Source: an uncultured cyanobacterium
GTDB lineage: Bacteria > Cyanobacteriota > Cyanobacteriia > Cyanobacteriales > Nostocaceae
Direction of reading: 5' to 3'
Length of the DNA: 64,000 bases
Assembly (NCBI GenBank): GCA_963706595.1
Contig: OY970166.1
Coordinates: 1,034,117-1,098,116, forward strand
This document shows, piece after piece, positions 10,613 through 22,923 of the stretch (position 1 is its first letter; each line of letters starts with the position of its first letter). Made by a program: the position numbers and the translations under genes. The notes under the pieces were generated by a model that had not been told where the DNA came from, did no database searches, and worked only from the letters and a program-made list of their open reading frames with translations.

Positions 10613-11683
10613 ATGCAATCAGTAGTTAGTTCCGAATATACAGCAATGGATGCACCCAAGCAAGGAATGCCAGTTACAATTATTACTGGTTTTCTGGGTA
10701 GTGGGAAAACAACTTTATTAAATCATATCCTCAGTAATCAACAAGGGTTAAAAACTGCGGTATTAGTGAATGAATTTGGAGAAATTGGCATTGATAATGA
10801 GCTAATTGTCTCCACAGAAGATAATATGGTTGCTCTCAGCAACGGTTGTATTTGCTGCACTATTAATAATGATTTAGTAGATGCAGTTTACCAAGTTTTA
10901 GAACGCCAAGAAAATCTTGATTATTTGGTGGTAGAAACCACAGGATTAGCTGACCCGTTACCAGTGGCTTTAACCTTTCTCGGTACAGAACTAAGAGATT
11001 TAACTCGTCTCGATTCCATTATTACTGTCGTAGATGCAGCTAACTACAGTCTGGATTTATTTAACTCTGAGGCGGCATATAGTCAAATCGCCTATGGTGA
11101 TATAATTATCCTGAATAAAGCAGATTTGGTTGATGAGGCGGCCTTGAATGATTTGGAACGCAAAATCAATGATGTCAAAGAAGGTGCTAGAATTATCCGC
11201 ACAGAGCGATCGCAAGTTCCATTACCTTTAATTCTCAGCGTGGGTCTGTTTGCCTCTGAAAAGTATTTTGATGAACCAGATAAGCATGACCACGACCATG
11301 AACACCATGATCATGATCACTCAAAATGTGAACACGATGAGCATGATCATGAACACCATCACCATGATCATTCCCACCATTTAGAAAATGATGGTTTTAC
11401 TTCCATCTCTTTCCAAACTGACCAACCTTTGGGGATTAGGAAATTTCAATATTTCTTAGATAATCAATTACCCGCAAACATTTTCCGGGCTAAAGGAATT
11501 ATCTGGTTTGAAGAAAGTCCCAACCGTCATATTTTCCACCTTTGCGGTAAACGCTTTACTTTGGATGATGACCAATGGAAGGGTAAGCCGAAAACTCAGT
11601 TAGTATTCATTGGTCAAGATTTAGATCGTGAAACTCTGATGTCGCAGTTGGAAAATTGCCTTTGTGTTCCTTCTGCAAGCTGA
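10613..11683 (+). CDS. COG0523/CobW-family G3E GTPase metallochaperone with His-rich linker
   Basis: Has the GFLGSGKTTLL P-loop, the GCICCT metal motif and the His-rich stretch DKHDHDHEHHDHDHSKCEHDEHDHEHHHHDHSHH. Start placed at the ATG at 10613, since the upstream part of the ORF has no family similarity. Confidence 0.85.
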   Translation: MQSVVSSEYTAMDAPKQGMPVTIITGFLGSGKTTLLNHILSNQQGLKTAVLVNEFGEIGIDNELIVSTEDNMVALSNGCICCTINNDLVDAVYQVLERQENLDYLVVETTGLADPLPVALTFLGTELRDLTRLDSIITVVDAANYSLDLFNSEAAYSQIAYGDIIILNKADLVDEAALNDLERKINDVKEGARIIRTERSQVPLPLILSVGLFASEKYFDEPDKHDHDHEHHDHDHSKCEHDEHDHEHHHHDHSHHLENDGFTSISFQTDQPLGIRKFQYFLDNQLPANIFRAKGIIWFEESPNRHIFHLCGKRFTLDDDQWKGKPKTQLVFIGQDLDRETLMSQLENCLCVPSAS

Positions 11684-11719
11684 GGTTTGAAATCAGTTAT
11701 GGCGGTTCTGAGATCAAAG

Positions 11720-11764
11720 AACCCCACCCCCAACCCCCTCCCCGCAAGCGAGGAGGGGGCTATG
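11720..11764 (+). repeat. dispersed hairpin repeat, family A
   Basis: AACCCCACCCCCAACCCCCTCCCCGCAAGCGAGGAGGGGGCTATG, 37 nt after the COG0523 stop. Confidence 0.85.
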
Positions 11765-11828
11765 AAACAGTTAACAAATCATGAGGTTAATTATATCTCT
11801 TGACTGATAACTGATAACTGATAACTGA

Positions 11829-13361
11829 TTACCTTGGTCTTCCCAGTGTTGTCACATATATCACAGCTTCCTCTGAGGGAATGCCTAAAATCTCGTTTAC
11901 TTGGTCGTCGAAGAAGCCACCGATACCACTGACACCTACACCCAGGTTAGTTGCGGCTAAGTTCAACCTTTGTCCTAAATGTCCCGCATCTGTATGTAAA
12001 TAACGGTAAACGCGATCGCCATATTGTGCGATCGCAGTTTTAAGATCAGCTGTATGAAACAACACGGCGGCTGCATCTCTGCCTAAATCTTGCCCCAAGC
12101 AAAGAAAGTGTAACTCTCGTCGGAAGTTTTTGAAGCGAATTTGTCTTAATTCTTGGGCTTTAGGTGCGTAATAATAACAGCCTGACTCCAAACCTTTCAC
12201 CCCACTCACAGCAATAAATGTTTCAATTAAATTCAGGTCAAAATAGTCTGGAGAACTATCTAAACCTTGGTCGATGTAATTTTGTGGTTGATAGGTGAAA
12301 TCGAGTAAACTTTTGAGTTCATCGAAGCTTAAATCATCACCACTGTAGGCGCGGGTAGAACGTCGCTTGTACATGGTGGTTTCCAAATCTGCCAGTTTTG
12401 TTCCCCAGGAAATCGGTGTGGTAGCTGTGGGAATTTTTAGACAGAAAGGAAAATTGTATTTATCTTCCAAGATTTTCTCTGACTTAACTCTTGGTAAATT
12501 CACCTTACCAGTTACACTTGGTTGAATTTGAGTGCGACGATGAAAATATTTCAGCAGTTCACCATCGGGAATGGGTGGATAATTAGTTTCGCTGGCTGAG
12601 GGTAAGGCTGTACATCCCACTGGTAAATTTTGTTGCACATCTAATAAGTCTGCCAGAGGTAGGACAGCGATCGCACCTTCTTGTTGCGAATCTATATATA
12701 GTAAATCATTGATAGCTTCATCCACAAAACCACCAATCAAGTGTGGGCGATAGTCATTCATCGCCGCAGCTAGCTCTATATTGCCCAGCAGATGCCCTGT
12801 ATCTAAAAATATGCGACGATAGGCTCTATCTTCATATCGCCAGGCTGAACGATAAAAAACCCCAGTTATGACAATTGCCAATTGGGTATTTTCAACGGCT
12901 GGATGCCAAAAACAAGCTTCTTGCAAAGCTGGCCAAACATCGCTTTCCCAATAGTGCATTAAAGAATGAGTCCGACATTGGTAGTTATATAATCCCGGTG
13001 GTAATAACGGCGTACCACGGGAAACTAGATACACTTCCGCCGGATATAACCCCCCTGCACTGGGCGCAGCGCGTAAATATACCGCACTCCCCATTGAAGG
13101 CATTCTTGCCGTTAGTCCGTAACTGCGGAATAATAACCTTGAAAGTCTTTGCCACCATTGTGCATCTGGGTTATTAGCAAATGTCTCTGATGTGTCTTGG
13201 ATGTAGGGTTTGAGGTCGAAAGTTGTCCCAATTTTGTACTCTTTAAACGGGACTGGCTGTTTAGCCCAGTCTAACCCCTGAGATTTAGAGGCTAGAGTCT
13301 CAGGATCGTATTTAGTCCGTTCGTGGTAGTGTTGAGCGATGGATTCGCGTAGTTCTGGCAT
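11829..13361 (-). CDS. SagB/ThcOx-type two-domain nitroreductase-family dehydrogenase
   Basis: 510 aa. N-terminus HYHERTKY...PFKEY is typical of SagB-type dehydrogenases, and the protein has two nitroreductase-like halves. Confidence 0.7.
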   Translation of the reverse strand: MPELRESIAQHYHERTKYDPETLASKSQGLDWAKQPVPFKEYKIGTTFDLKPYIQDTSETFANNPDAQWWQRLSRLLFRSYGLTARMPSMGSAVYLRAAPSAGGLYPAEVYLVSRGTPLLPPGLYNYQCRTHSLMHYWESDVWPALQEACFWHPAVENTQLAIVITGVFYRSAWRYEDRAYRRIFLDTGHLLGNIELAAAMNDYRPHLIGGFVDEAINDLLYIDSQQEGAIAVLPLADLLDVQQNLPVGCTALPSASETNYPPIPDGELLKYFHRRTQIQPSVTGKVNLPRVKSEKILEDKYNFPFCLKIPTATTPISWGTKLADLETTMYKRRSTRAYSGDDLSFDELKSLLDFTYQPQNYIDQGLDSSPDYFDLNLIETFIAVSGVKGLESGCYYYAPKAQELRQIRFKNFRRELHFLCLGQDLGRDAAAVLFHTADLKTAIAQYGDRVYRYLHTDAGHLGQRLNLAATNLGVGVSGIGGFFDDQVNEILGIPSEEAVIYVTTLGRPR

Positions 13362-13473
13362 ATTAATTTCAATACTCTTGGCTTCCTCCTTTTGATCTTG
13401 ACATTCATCAGCCTCATTGTTTCGTGTTAATTAGTACAAACTGTAAACTCATTATGTGATTTCAGGAAATTCG

Positions 13474-14406
13474 TTAATCGGAATGAGTTGATTCTGGGAT
13501 ATCTGCCAAAATTGACCTCTGGGTTCGTCGCCAACGAATAACGCCATAGATACCCGCAGCTAAAATGAACCACACGGGACTGTAAACCATGAACCAAATA
13601 CCCAATTTCAACAAGCCTACACTCAATTTACCTAATGAATCAGTGGAGTTATTCCAGGTTTCTTGAATTTGGGATGCTAAGGTAATCTGGGGACTGCTGC
13701 TAGATATCGCTGCTTCTAGGTTCAGGGTAATGGTGGAGTATGCAACTTGATTTTTTAAGCTTTTTAATTGAGCATCAATTTGTTCTATGGATTGTCGGAC
13801 GTTATTCAATTGTTGAGCAACACTTAGCACATCTCTAATGGAACCCGCCCGATCCATAATTTTTTGCAAATTGGCTTCAGTTCGTTGCAGGTTATTTAAT
13901 CTGGCTTGGAAATCCACCAAGCGATCGCCCACATCTTCTGCGGTAATATTACGATTACTCACAGTGCCTAATTTAGCTAATTCTTTGATGGTAGGTTCTA
14001 GAAGGTTTTGGGGAACTCGCAGCGTCATTGATGCAGTATGGCGAGAAGTTTCCCGTGTCGGCTGACGTTCGTTTAAACTGATTAAATCCCCTTGTTGTTG
14101 ATTAATAATTTGGGAGACAGCATCGATACTCTGACTAACAGAGTCAACAATTACAGTCATTGCAGCCTTTTTAATCAGTTGAGGCCGGGCGCGGGGTACT
14201 GGTGCAGCTTCCGCCTGTTGGGGCATACTTTCACTAATTGTAGGTGGTGCTGCGGCTGAATTCTCAAGGCGAGCGCTCGAAGACAAAGCCGAATCCAAAG
14301 ATGGCTGCACAGAAGAAGCACAACTACTAAATATCACCCCACCCAATAAAGCACTCACCAACACAACAGATTTTTGTGGCGATTTCGTCGAGACTTGCAT
14401 AATCAA
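13474..14406 (-). CDS. DUF4349-like lipoprotein
   Basis: Lipobox (GGVIFSSC), a central coiled coil (VDFQARLNNLQRTEANL...QVAYSTITLNLE) and a C-terminal TM pair. Confidence 0.6.
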   Translation of the reverse strand: MIMQVSTKSPQKSVVLVSALLGGVIFSSCASSVQPSLDSALSSSARLENSAAAPPTISESMPQQAEAAPVPRARPQLIKKAAMTVIVDSVSQSIDAVSQIINQQQGDLISLNERQPTRETSRHTASMTLRVPQNLLEPTIKELAKLGTVSNRNITAEDVGDRLVDFQARLNNLQRTEANLQKIMDRAGSIRDVLSVAQQLNNVRQSIEQIDAQLKSLKNQVAYSTITLNLEAAISSSSPQITLASQIQETWNNSTDSLGKLSVGLLKLGIWFMVYSPVWFILAAGIYGVIRWRRTQRSILADIPESTHSD

Positions 14407-14495
14407 CCCCCAGATAGGTGAAACTAATTTCAGTATGGCTGGGGAAACAACTCAAACTTGGTATGGTTGCGATTTATGTAACACAAAAGAGGCTC

Positions 14496-14528
14496 AGATC
14501 CCCGACTTCTTGAAGAAGTCGGGGATCT
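14496..14528. repeat. 33-nt palindromic hairpin repeat (second copy)
   Basis: AGATCCCCGACTTCTTGAAGAAGTCGGGGATCT. It lies in a divergent promoter region, so it is not simply a terminator. Confidence 0.8.
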
Positions 14529-14625
14529 TTCTTGCTATTCGATAAACCACCCCATAGATGAATTGTCAAAAATCCCTAAGTAATTACTAAATTAGGTAAT
14601 GGTATTGCAAACTAAAACGAAAAAC

Positions 14626-16624
<1,999 letters not shown>

Positions 16625-16636
16625 ATAAGGTACATC

Positions 16637-16710
16637 TTAGCCCCCTCATCGCTTGCGGGGAGGGGGTTGGGGGTGGGGTTCTTATACCTCATAACACCGG
16701 GAAGTGCTGT
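16637..16710 (-). repeat. dispersed hairpin repeat, family A, extended ~75-bp form
   Basis: Near-identical to 45565-45642, including the flank TACCTCATAACACCGGGAAGTGCT. Confidence 0.85.
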
Positions 16711-16754
16711 ACAGATATCATTCATCATTTACGGGGATATTGGTAAACCCGCCC

Positions 16755-17516
16755 CTACGAATAACCCAAAAAAGAATTTATCCTAGCTACAGCATAGCGG
16801 ACGCTTTTTTCATCAGTATATTCGGGATTAATGGGAATCTCATCGAAAGATTGCAGCACAATCACAATGCGATAACGTTTACCATATTTAAATTGCTTAT
16901 CTCGAATCTCCAAACGCAGAATATTTTCTAGTGGTTCCTCAATAACTTGCTGAACACGTAAACTTTTTCGCTCTATAAATACCTGATTCAGACTTTTGTA
17001 GAAAATACAATTAGTCATAGGTGTTGTTAATGCAACAGCACTAATAGCTATTCCAATTAACATACTTACATTTTTAACAAACAGTAGTTGACGTTGATTT
17101 TGTGCTACCAATAAAGACATTTGTCCAGAATTAATAAAGGTGTTAATTTGCTGGGAATCTCGCTGATTGTTTCCATAGTTCCGACTAGATATCAGTTCCC
17201 GTTCTCCCACAGGAGTCACAATGACGACGCGATAAATTTTACTCCTGCTACTTCTGGTGGTTTTTACGTATGCGCTATGAATATCAAAAATTCTTAGCCT
17301 CTGTCTCCTTCCCAGCAAACTAGACCGCCTCAATTCACAGTTAATTTCATTAGATAAAGGGCGTTGACAAGTAAGACTAGCGGCTGCAAATTCAAACCAC
17401 AAGAAGTAAATTAAAAAAACCAAACAGCCAATAAAAAATGACCCTCCAAACAACCATACACGAATCGGTCGGTGCTTGAGTCGTAATCTAGTACGCGTTT
17501 CTTCGACAATTTCCAT
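16755..17516 (-). CDS. hypothetical membrane protein with an internal two-fold repeat
   Basis: Contains two modules, each a TM helix followed by YR(V/I)VIV...INSF-type sequence. No recognised family. Confidence 0.45.
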   Translation of the reverse strand: MEIVEETRTRLRLKHRPIRVWLFGGSFFIGCLVFLIYFLWFEFAAASLTCQRPLSNEINCELRRSSLLGRRQRLRIFDIHSAYVKTTRSSRSKIYRVVIVTPVGERELISSRNYGNNQRDSQQINTFINSGQMSLLVAQNQRQLLFVKNVSMLIGIAISAVALTTPMTNCIFYKSLNQVFIERKSLRVQQVIEEPLENILRLEIRDKQFKYGKRYRIVIVLQSFDEIPINPEYTDEKSVRYAVARINSFLGYS

Positions 17517-17589
17517 GAATATTGGTATATAAAAGACTTAACTTATAATTTGAGTATTCCCTTCCAAGTCAGTTTACCAATCAATAAAT

Positions 17590-18426
17590 ATGCCAAAAAC
17601 ACACCTTAACCCGGCAAAGCAGCAACATCACAGGCTGATAAGTCTATTATTCCTGGCTTGCTTCCTGGGGATGCAAAATACAGCACAAGCACAGTCTCAG
17701 CCACCAGCTAAACTGTTGCCATTTTTCGATAATATCAATAACCCGATTCCTGTAAGATTCCCCAGAGGGCAGAGATTAGACATAACACCACCCGCACCAC
17801 TGCTAAATCCCTTTGACAAAGCTGTTCTCAATATCTGTGGTCCCATAGGAACAAGAGTTAACCGGAATAAATTTAAACAGTTGTTGTCCTCTTACCCAGG
17901 TGTATTACAGAAACTTCAAACAGTTAGCGGCGGCGAAATTCGTCCAGGACGCAGGAATAAAACCCAATTTATCGCAGATTTAACCGATGTTTGGTTTAAA
18001 AATCGGGGGTTTGAACATATTTTTTGTGGCGAACTTAAGAGCGATAATAAAATTGGTGGCTTGCATTTTTATGGGAGATATTTACAGTTACAAAATCAAG
18101 GAATTGGCGGACGCTTACCGAATAATCAGAGGCGTGAGGAAGTTGTTCCTGGTGTCATTTATACAATGGGTGTGGTAATTAACCAAGGAAACCGCACATT
18201 TACAGATGTGATTAAAGGCTATAGTTATCTGAGTAATGCTCAAGAATTGCTTGTAGATGCTACCCAAATTTTTAAGCTCCAAGGAAATTCTGAAGGAGCG
18301 TGTATTTTTAATCTCCGAGACCAAGATACTGGCAAAACTTTTCCTAAAGTTTTTGTGCGGAGACAACAGGCTATAGTTACCTTCTATCCTGATGCTACTC
18401 CCCAAGGTGCAAACTGTAAAAGATAA
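17590..18426 (+). CDS. secreted XendoU/EndoU-family endoribonuclease-like protein
   Basis: Signal peptide ending AQA. GFEHIFCGELKSDNKIGGLHFYGRY aligns with the EndoU GFEHVFVGE...SGFHNW catalytic His pair, and a downstream KGYSY sits at the position of the catalytic Lys. Confidence 0.5.
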   Translation: MPKTHLNPAKQQHHRLISLLFLACFLGMQNTAQAQSQPPAKLLPFFDNINNPIPVRFPRGQRLDITPPAPLLNPFDKAVLNICGPIGTRVNRNKFKQLLSSYPGVLQKLQTVSGGEIRPGRRNKTQFIADLTDVWFKNRGFEHIFCGELKSDNKIGGLHFYGRYLQLQNQGIGGRLPNNQRREEVVPGVIYTMGVVINQGNRTFTDVIKGYSYLSNAQELLVDATQIFKLQGNSEGACIFNLRDQDTGKTFPKVFVRRQQAIVTFYPDATPQGANCKR

Positions 18427-18508
18427 TTTCCTTCTTTGAGCTACCTCAAAGACAGCAGCATAAATTTATGACAAATTGAGGATATAAGCAGTTCGGAGGG
18501 TTACAGAG

Positions 18509-19285
18509 ATGACCAACGCTATCCTCAATTTCCAAACAGCTTCGGGACACCAAGTTTTAGCCGCAGCAGGTAAAAAATATCTGCGTCCTGGTGGAAGAAT
18601 AGCAACAGAAAAATTATGCCAATGGGCGAATTTTCAGCCCGGTGAAACAGTTTTAGAATTAGCTTCTAGCTTTGGATACAGTGCAATATCTCTAGCGCAA
18701 CGCTACCATGTGAAAGTAGTAGGGATAGAAAAAAATCCTGAGAGTGTAGTTCGTGCGCGTGAAAACGTCTGCGCTGCTGGTTTAGAAAACCAAATTGAAA
18801 TCATTGAAGGTGATATTTTTCATCTGGATGTCATACCAGAAAAGTTTGATTATGTTTTAGCTGAAGCCATTCTCACAATGCAGTCTCCAGCCGGAAAAGC
18901 CAAGATTTTGCAGGGAATTCACAACCGACTGAAAGCAGGAGGTAAGTTTCTCTCCCATGAATTATTAGCAACTGACAAAGAAGAAAAAATTAGTGCAGAT
19001 TTAGCAAAAGTAATTCGAGTTAATTCTACACCACTTTCAGCCGATAACTGGATTGGGGCTTGTGCAGAAGCAGGATTAGAAGTAGATAAACATCAAACTG
19101 GAAAGATGAGTTTATTGGACTTAAGGAAGATGTTTCAAGATGAAGGTATTTTTAACACCATCCAGATTTTGTGGAATATTCTGACGCAAAAATCTATCCG
19201 CAGAAGAGTATTAGAAATGCGCCATATTTTCCAAAAATACCATCAAGAATTAGGCTATATCATTCTGTGCGCTGTTGCTCAATAG
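18509..19285 (+). CDS. class I SAM-dependent methyltransferase
   Basis: Motif I-like VLELASSFGYS followed by VVGIEKN. Confidence 0.75.
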   Translation: MTNAILNFQTASGHQVLAAAGKKYLRPGGRIATEKLCQWANFQPGETVLELASSFGYSAISLAQRYHVKVVGIEKNPESVVRARENVCAAGLENQIEIIEGDIFHLDVIPEKFDYVLAEAILTMQSPAGKAKILQGIHNRLKAGGKFLSHELLATDKEEKISADLAKVIRVNSTPLSADNWIGACAEAGLEVDKHQTGKMSLLDLRKMFQDEGIFNTIQILWNILTQKSIRRRVLEMRHIFQKYHQELGYIILCAVAQ

Positions 19286-19450
19286 CTAGCCATACCATTT
19301 CCTTAATTCCTTCCTTCATTTCTTCTTTGTGTACTTTGCGGTATGCGCTGCGCGCACGCTACGCGAACATTCCTCCAAACTACACCACACCAGCTATCAT
19401 GCAGATTTGATATTAATCCTGAAAATACCTCAAATCAAAACCTAAAAAAT

Positions 19451-19792
19451 ATGACTAATCAAATAACAAAAAACCAATCTCTAATTACCCAATTGCGAGA
19501 ACAAATTGAATATCCTCATTCTGGCGTTCTCAGCAAGGTGATAACTCAAGATAAAGCTTGTCAATATACTTTATTTTGTTTAGCAGCTACAACTGATATT
19601 TCTGAGCATACTTCTACTCGCAATGCAACTGTTAATGTCTTGGAAGGTAGAGGTGTACTCACCTTATTAGGCGAAGATATTACCCTTGAACCTGGGGTTT
19701 TTGTATTTATGCCTGCTCATGCACCTCACGCTTTAAAAGCAGAGGAAAATTTAGCTTTTTTACTCACACTTTCTGAAAAAGTAGATAAATAA
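19451..19792 (+). CDS. cupin domain protein
   Basis: Cupin_2-like EGRGVLTLLGEDITLEPGVFVFMPAHAPHAL. Start placed at the ATG at 19451. Confidence 0.65.
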   Translation: MTNQITKNQSLITQLREQIEYPHSGVLSKVITQDKACQYTLFCLAATTDISEHTSTRNATVNVLEGRGVLTLLGEDITLEPGVFVFMPAHAPHALKAEENLAFLLTLSEKVDK

Positions 19793-19807
19793 TAGGAACT
19801 TTACCAA

Positions 19808-20302
19808 ATGTCAATGTTAATTTCAACTTTCACCCAGCACTTAGATATTTCTCCAATTCAATTAGAAGCTATCTTCACAAAATCCCTAATTGAGTTACTT
19901 AATTCACCTGAAGTACAAGCAAAACTAAATAGTTTAGATACCAATTTGCTCAGAGAAACTTTACCTACAGCCGGGGCAGTTTTAGCGAAAGAATTACCGC
20001 CTTTTTACCACTGGCTGAAAAGCGAGTTAGGTGTCAACCGCGTTCCTGATAGCCCAGATCATACGACAAAATGGGTAATTGATTTTGTAAATAATCAAGA
20101 AAGTTTAACTCGTTTAGTTGAGTTGCATCGTCCAGTTCCCGGACAGGCTTTAGAAGCTGCTATTCCTCGGTTGGTGGGCGTGTTTGCAGGTGTGGAAGAT
20201 GAGTGCATTAGACAAGAATGGCAAAAGGCTGTGGCTGCACTTTGTTTAGTTTTAGTTGTCGCATCTCGTGAACAAGAGAGGTTAAATTTAGCAGTTGGTT
20301 GA
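19808..20302 (+). CDS. hypothetical protein
   Basis: 164-aa ORF 15 nt after the cupin gene on the same strand. No family recognised. Confidence 0.4.
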   Translation: MSMLISTFTQHLDISPIQLEAIFTKSLIELLNSPEVQAKLNSLDTNLLRETLPTAGAVLAKELPPFYHWLKSELGVNRVPDSPDHTTKWVIDFVNNQESLTRLVELHRPVPGQALEAAIPRLVGVFAGVEDECIRQEWQKAVAALCLVLVVASREQERLNLAVG

Positions 20303-20392
20303 AGTAGGATAAAAGTTAGTTGTGATGAGCCGGTTCATTACAACTAGATTTAATTAAATGTGAATAATTATGACTATTGGGAACAATACAAG

Positions 20393-20437
20393 AACCCCAC
20401 CCCCAACCCCCTCCCCGCAAGCGAGGAGGGGGCTATG
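20393..20437 (+). repeat. dispersed hairpin repeat, family A
   Basis: Same 45-nt unit as at 11720 and 25163. Confidence 0.85.
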
Positions 20438-20520
20438 ATAGATATATATTGTATATAGTTTGTATTATTAGGAAAGGCTACAACGTGGTAGACTGACACA
20501 GCGAAAATAATGTATTAGAC

Positions 20521-20593
20521 GTAGGTTGGGTTAAGCGCAGCGCAACCCAACGCTGCCAATGATGTTGGGTTTGGTTACGTCAGCCCAACCTAC
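20521..20593 (+). mobile_element. 73-bp MITE-like element, family G (GTAGGTTGGGTT...AACCCAACCTAC)
   Basis: Has 12-nt terminal inverted repeats. Other copies are at 45686-45758 (inverted) and 47942-48014. Confidence 0.75.
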
Positions 20594-20602
20594 AATTATG
20601 AT

Positions 20603-21304
20603 TTAATCATCTATATTTCCAGATGCGATCGCCTCTAATTTCTCCCTATCCAATATAATAATTTTACCACCCCGACTATAGGCAACTACGGAATTTAAAC
20701 TTTTAATTAATCGCAGACATTCTTCGTAAGTAATCCCAATACTCCGCGCCATCCGATAGTAAGTTAATTTAACTTTTAAAATCTCACCTTGGGAACTAGT
20801 TTCGGTTCCTGATGTGTCAGCAAAATATTGGATTAATCTAGTCAGGCGAATAATTGCTCTTTCGGAAACTAATCCATGTACTGTTTCATGTAGTTGCTGA
20901 ATCCGAGTGTTAAAAACCATCAACATCCGTAAGGCAATTTCTGGTTGATTTTGGATGGCTTGGAGTAAAGCATCACGTTGGACGGTGAGAATTTCACAAT
21001 CGCATTCAGCAGTTACGGTTGCTGGTGAAATCCCATTTCCTAAAAGTGCAGGTGCGGCGAAAATTTCCCCAGCATTTAGTCCCCGCAAAATGGTTTCTTT
21101 GCCTGTGGTTGCTGTTTTGGTGACTTGAATTGCACCACTGACTACAGCATATAACTTTGCGGGTAGGCGATCGCCTTCATGCAGAATAATCTCTCCTTTG
21201 CTGTAACTTTGCACCAAGGTGTCAGGTTGCAGTTTTAACTTGTCTGCGGTTTCTAATCCAGCAAACACGATAATTTCTGAGAGTTGTGCTAAAGATGCCT
21301 GCAT
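20603..21304 (-). CDS. Crp/Fnr family transcriptional regulator
   Basis: cNMP-binding beta-barrel followed by a C-terminal HTH (TYYRMARSIGITYEECLRLIKSL). Separated by 2 nt from the upstream amidase stop. Confidence 0.8.
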   Translation of the reverse strand: MQASLAQLSEIIVFAGLETADKLKLQPDTLVQSYSKGEIILHEGDRLPAKLYAVVSGAIQVTKTATTGKETILRGLNAGEIFAAPALLGNGISPATVTAECDCEILTVQRDALLQAIQNQPEIALRMLMVFNTRIQQLHETVHGLVSERAIIRLTRLIQYFADTSGTETSSQGEILKVKLTYYRMARSIGITYEECLRLIKSLNSVVAYSRGGKIIILDREKLEAIASGNIDD

Positions 21305-21306
21305 AA

Positions 21307-22710
21307 TTAAGCTACAGTTGCCAAGGCGGGACGATGTTGAATCCAGGGATTTGCGGCTTCTAGTTGCGCCGCCAGACTGATTAAAGTCGCCTCTGCCGCA
21401 GGTTTGCCAATCAGCTGTACACTCATGGGTAAGCCATGACTATCAAATCCTACCGGAAGTGCGATCGCAGGTTGTCCGGTAGCGTTAAAGGCTGGACAAG
21501 GTGCAACCCAGTGGATAATTTTTTGGAATGTCTCTTCTGGACTCAAATTAGCCCATTCTCCCACCCGAATCGGGGAATGCAGATAAACGGGTAATATTAG
21601 TACATCTACGGTATCGAAAAACGCCACAATTTGCCTAGCAACAATTTGCATTTGGGAAACAGCCCGGAGGTATTCACCCACGGAACCTGTGCGCGAGAAC
21701 AGCAACTGATTCACTGGCTGTAACGCCTCAATGGGGATTCCAGAAGCCGCTACCGCACCTTGCCAGACGGTTTGAAAAGGTTCGACTAAATCAGTCAAAT
21801 CAGGGCATTTCTCTACTATTGTGTGACCAAATTCTGCTAATAATTTGACTGTTTGCAGTACCCCTTGCTGACAATTAGCATCAGCCTCGCCCAAGGGAGG
21901 GATATTTGTACTAAAGGCAATTCGCAATTTACCGAGTTTTTCGGTAGTAGCAGCGAGAAATGAGGGTTCAGGGTTAGGCAACCAGTAAGGATCACCGGTG
22001 AAGTAGCCAGACATGACATCTAAAAGGGCAGCAGCATCAGCCACAGTCCGGGCAATTGGTCCATTGGTAGCAATTCCCGCTAGGCGATTGCCTACGGGCG
22101 CATGAGTGACTCTACCGCGTGATGGTTTGATGCCTACCAAACCACAGCAAGCCGCAGGCCCCCGCACTGAACCGCCACCATCGGAACCCTGCGCGATCGC
22201 ACATAATCCTGCTGCTACGGCTGCTGCTGCGCCGCCACTGGAACCGCCGGGAGTGTATTCTAAATTCCAAGGATTTCTAGCTGGGGGAAAACCTGTAGGC
22301 TCAGTGTAAGGAAAAGAACCTAACTCTGAGGTGGCAGTTTTACCGAGAATAGTAAATCCAGCTTGCTTAATCCGAGTTACTACCCCATCATCGTAGTTAG
22401 GAATATTTTCTATTAATGCTGGATGACCGTAATTACACGGTATCCCTGCCACGGCATTGAGGTCTTTAATGGAAATCGGCACACCAAAAAATGGCGGTAG
22501 TTCTGAGGTAGTTGTCAGTGTCTCTGTTTTGACTTTAGCATCTGCGATCGCCAATTCTGCTGCCACCGTAAAGTAACTTCCCAGTTGGGGGTTCAATTGC
22601 GAAATCCTGTCTAAATATAATTCCACCAACTCTAACGGCGACACTTCCCGGCGACGAATCAAGTTGGCTAATTCTAGGGCTGGGGTAAAAGCTAAATCAA
22701 TTTCATTCAT
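21307..22710 (-). CDS. amidase-signature family amidase
   Basis: Has the [14 protein letters not shown] signature and the Ser-cisSer-Lys context. 467 aa. Confidence 0.9.
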   Translation of the reverse strand: MNEIDLAFTPALELANLIRRREVSPLELVELYLDRISQLNPQLGSYFTVAAELAIADAKVKTETLTTTSELPPFFGVPISIKDLNAVAGIPCNYGHPALIENIPNYDDGVVTRIKQAGFTILGKTATSELGSFPYTEPTGFPPARNPWNLEYTPGGSSGGAAAAVAAGLCAIAQGSDGGGSVRGPAACCGLVGIKPSRGRVTHAPVGNRLAGIATNGPIARTVADAAALLDVMSGYFTGDPYWLPNPEPSFLAATTEKLGKLRIAFSTNIPPLGEADANCQQGVLQTVKLLAEFGHTIVEKCPDLTDLVEPFQTVWQGAVAASGIPIEALQPVNQLLFSRTGSVGEYLRAVSQMQIVARQIVAFFDTVDVLILPVYLHSPIRVGEWANLSPEETFQKIIHWVAPCPAFNATGQPAIALPVGFDSHGLPMSVQLIGKPAAEATLISLAAQLEAANPWIQHRPALATVA

Positions 22711-22923
22711 AAGTTAGTTGATGGGCTATTTTGTCAATTGCTGAAATTTTTCCCGGAAAATCGTTACTTTTATCCCATGTCCGGGAATCATGTAATATAT
22801 AGATCCTCAAATTTGTCAATCAATCACAAGGCATAACTTGAATAGGCAGGGTGACATTCTTATTACTGCATAGTTATTTTAATTGTTTCGGATCAAATTT
22901 CGACAAATCGCCAAGGGATATTT

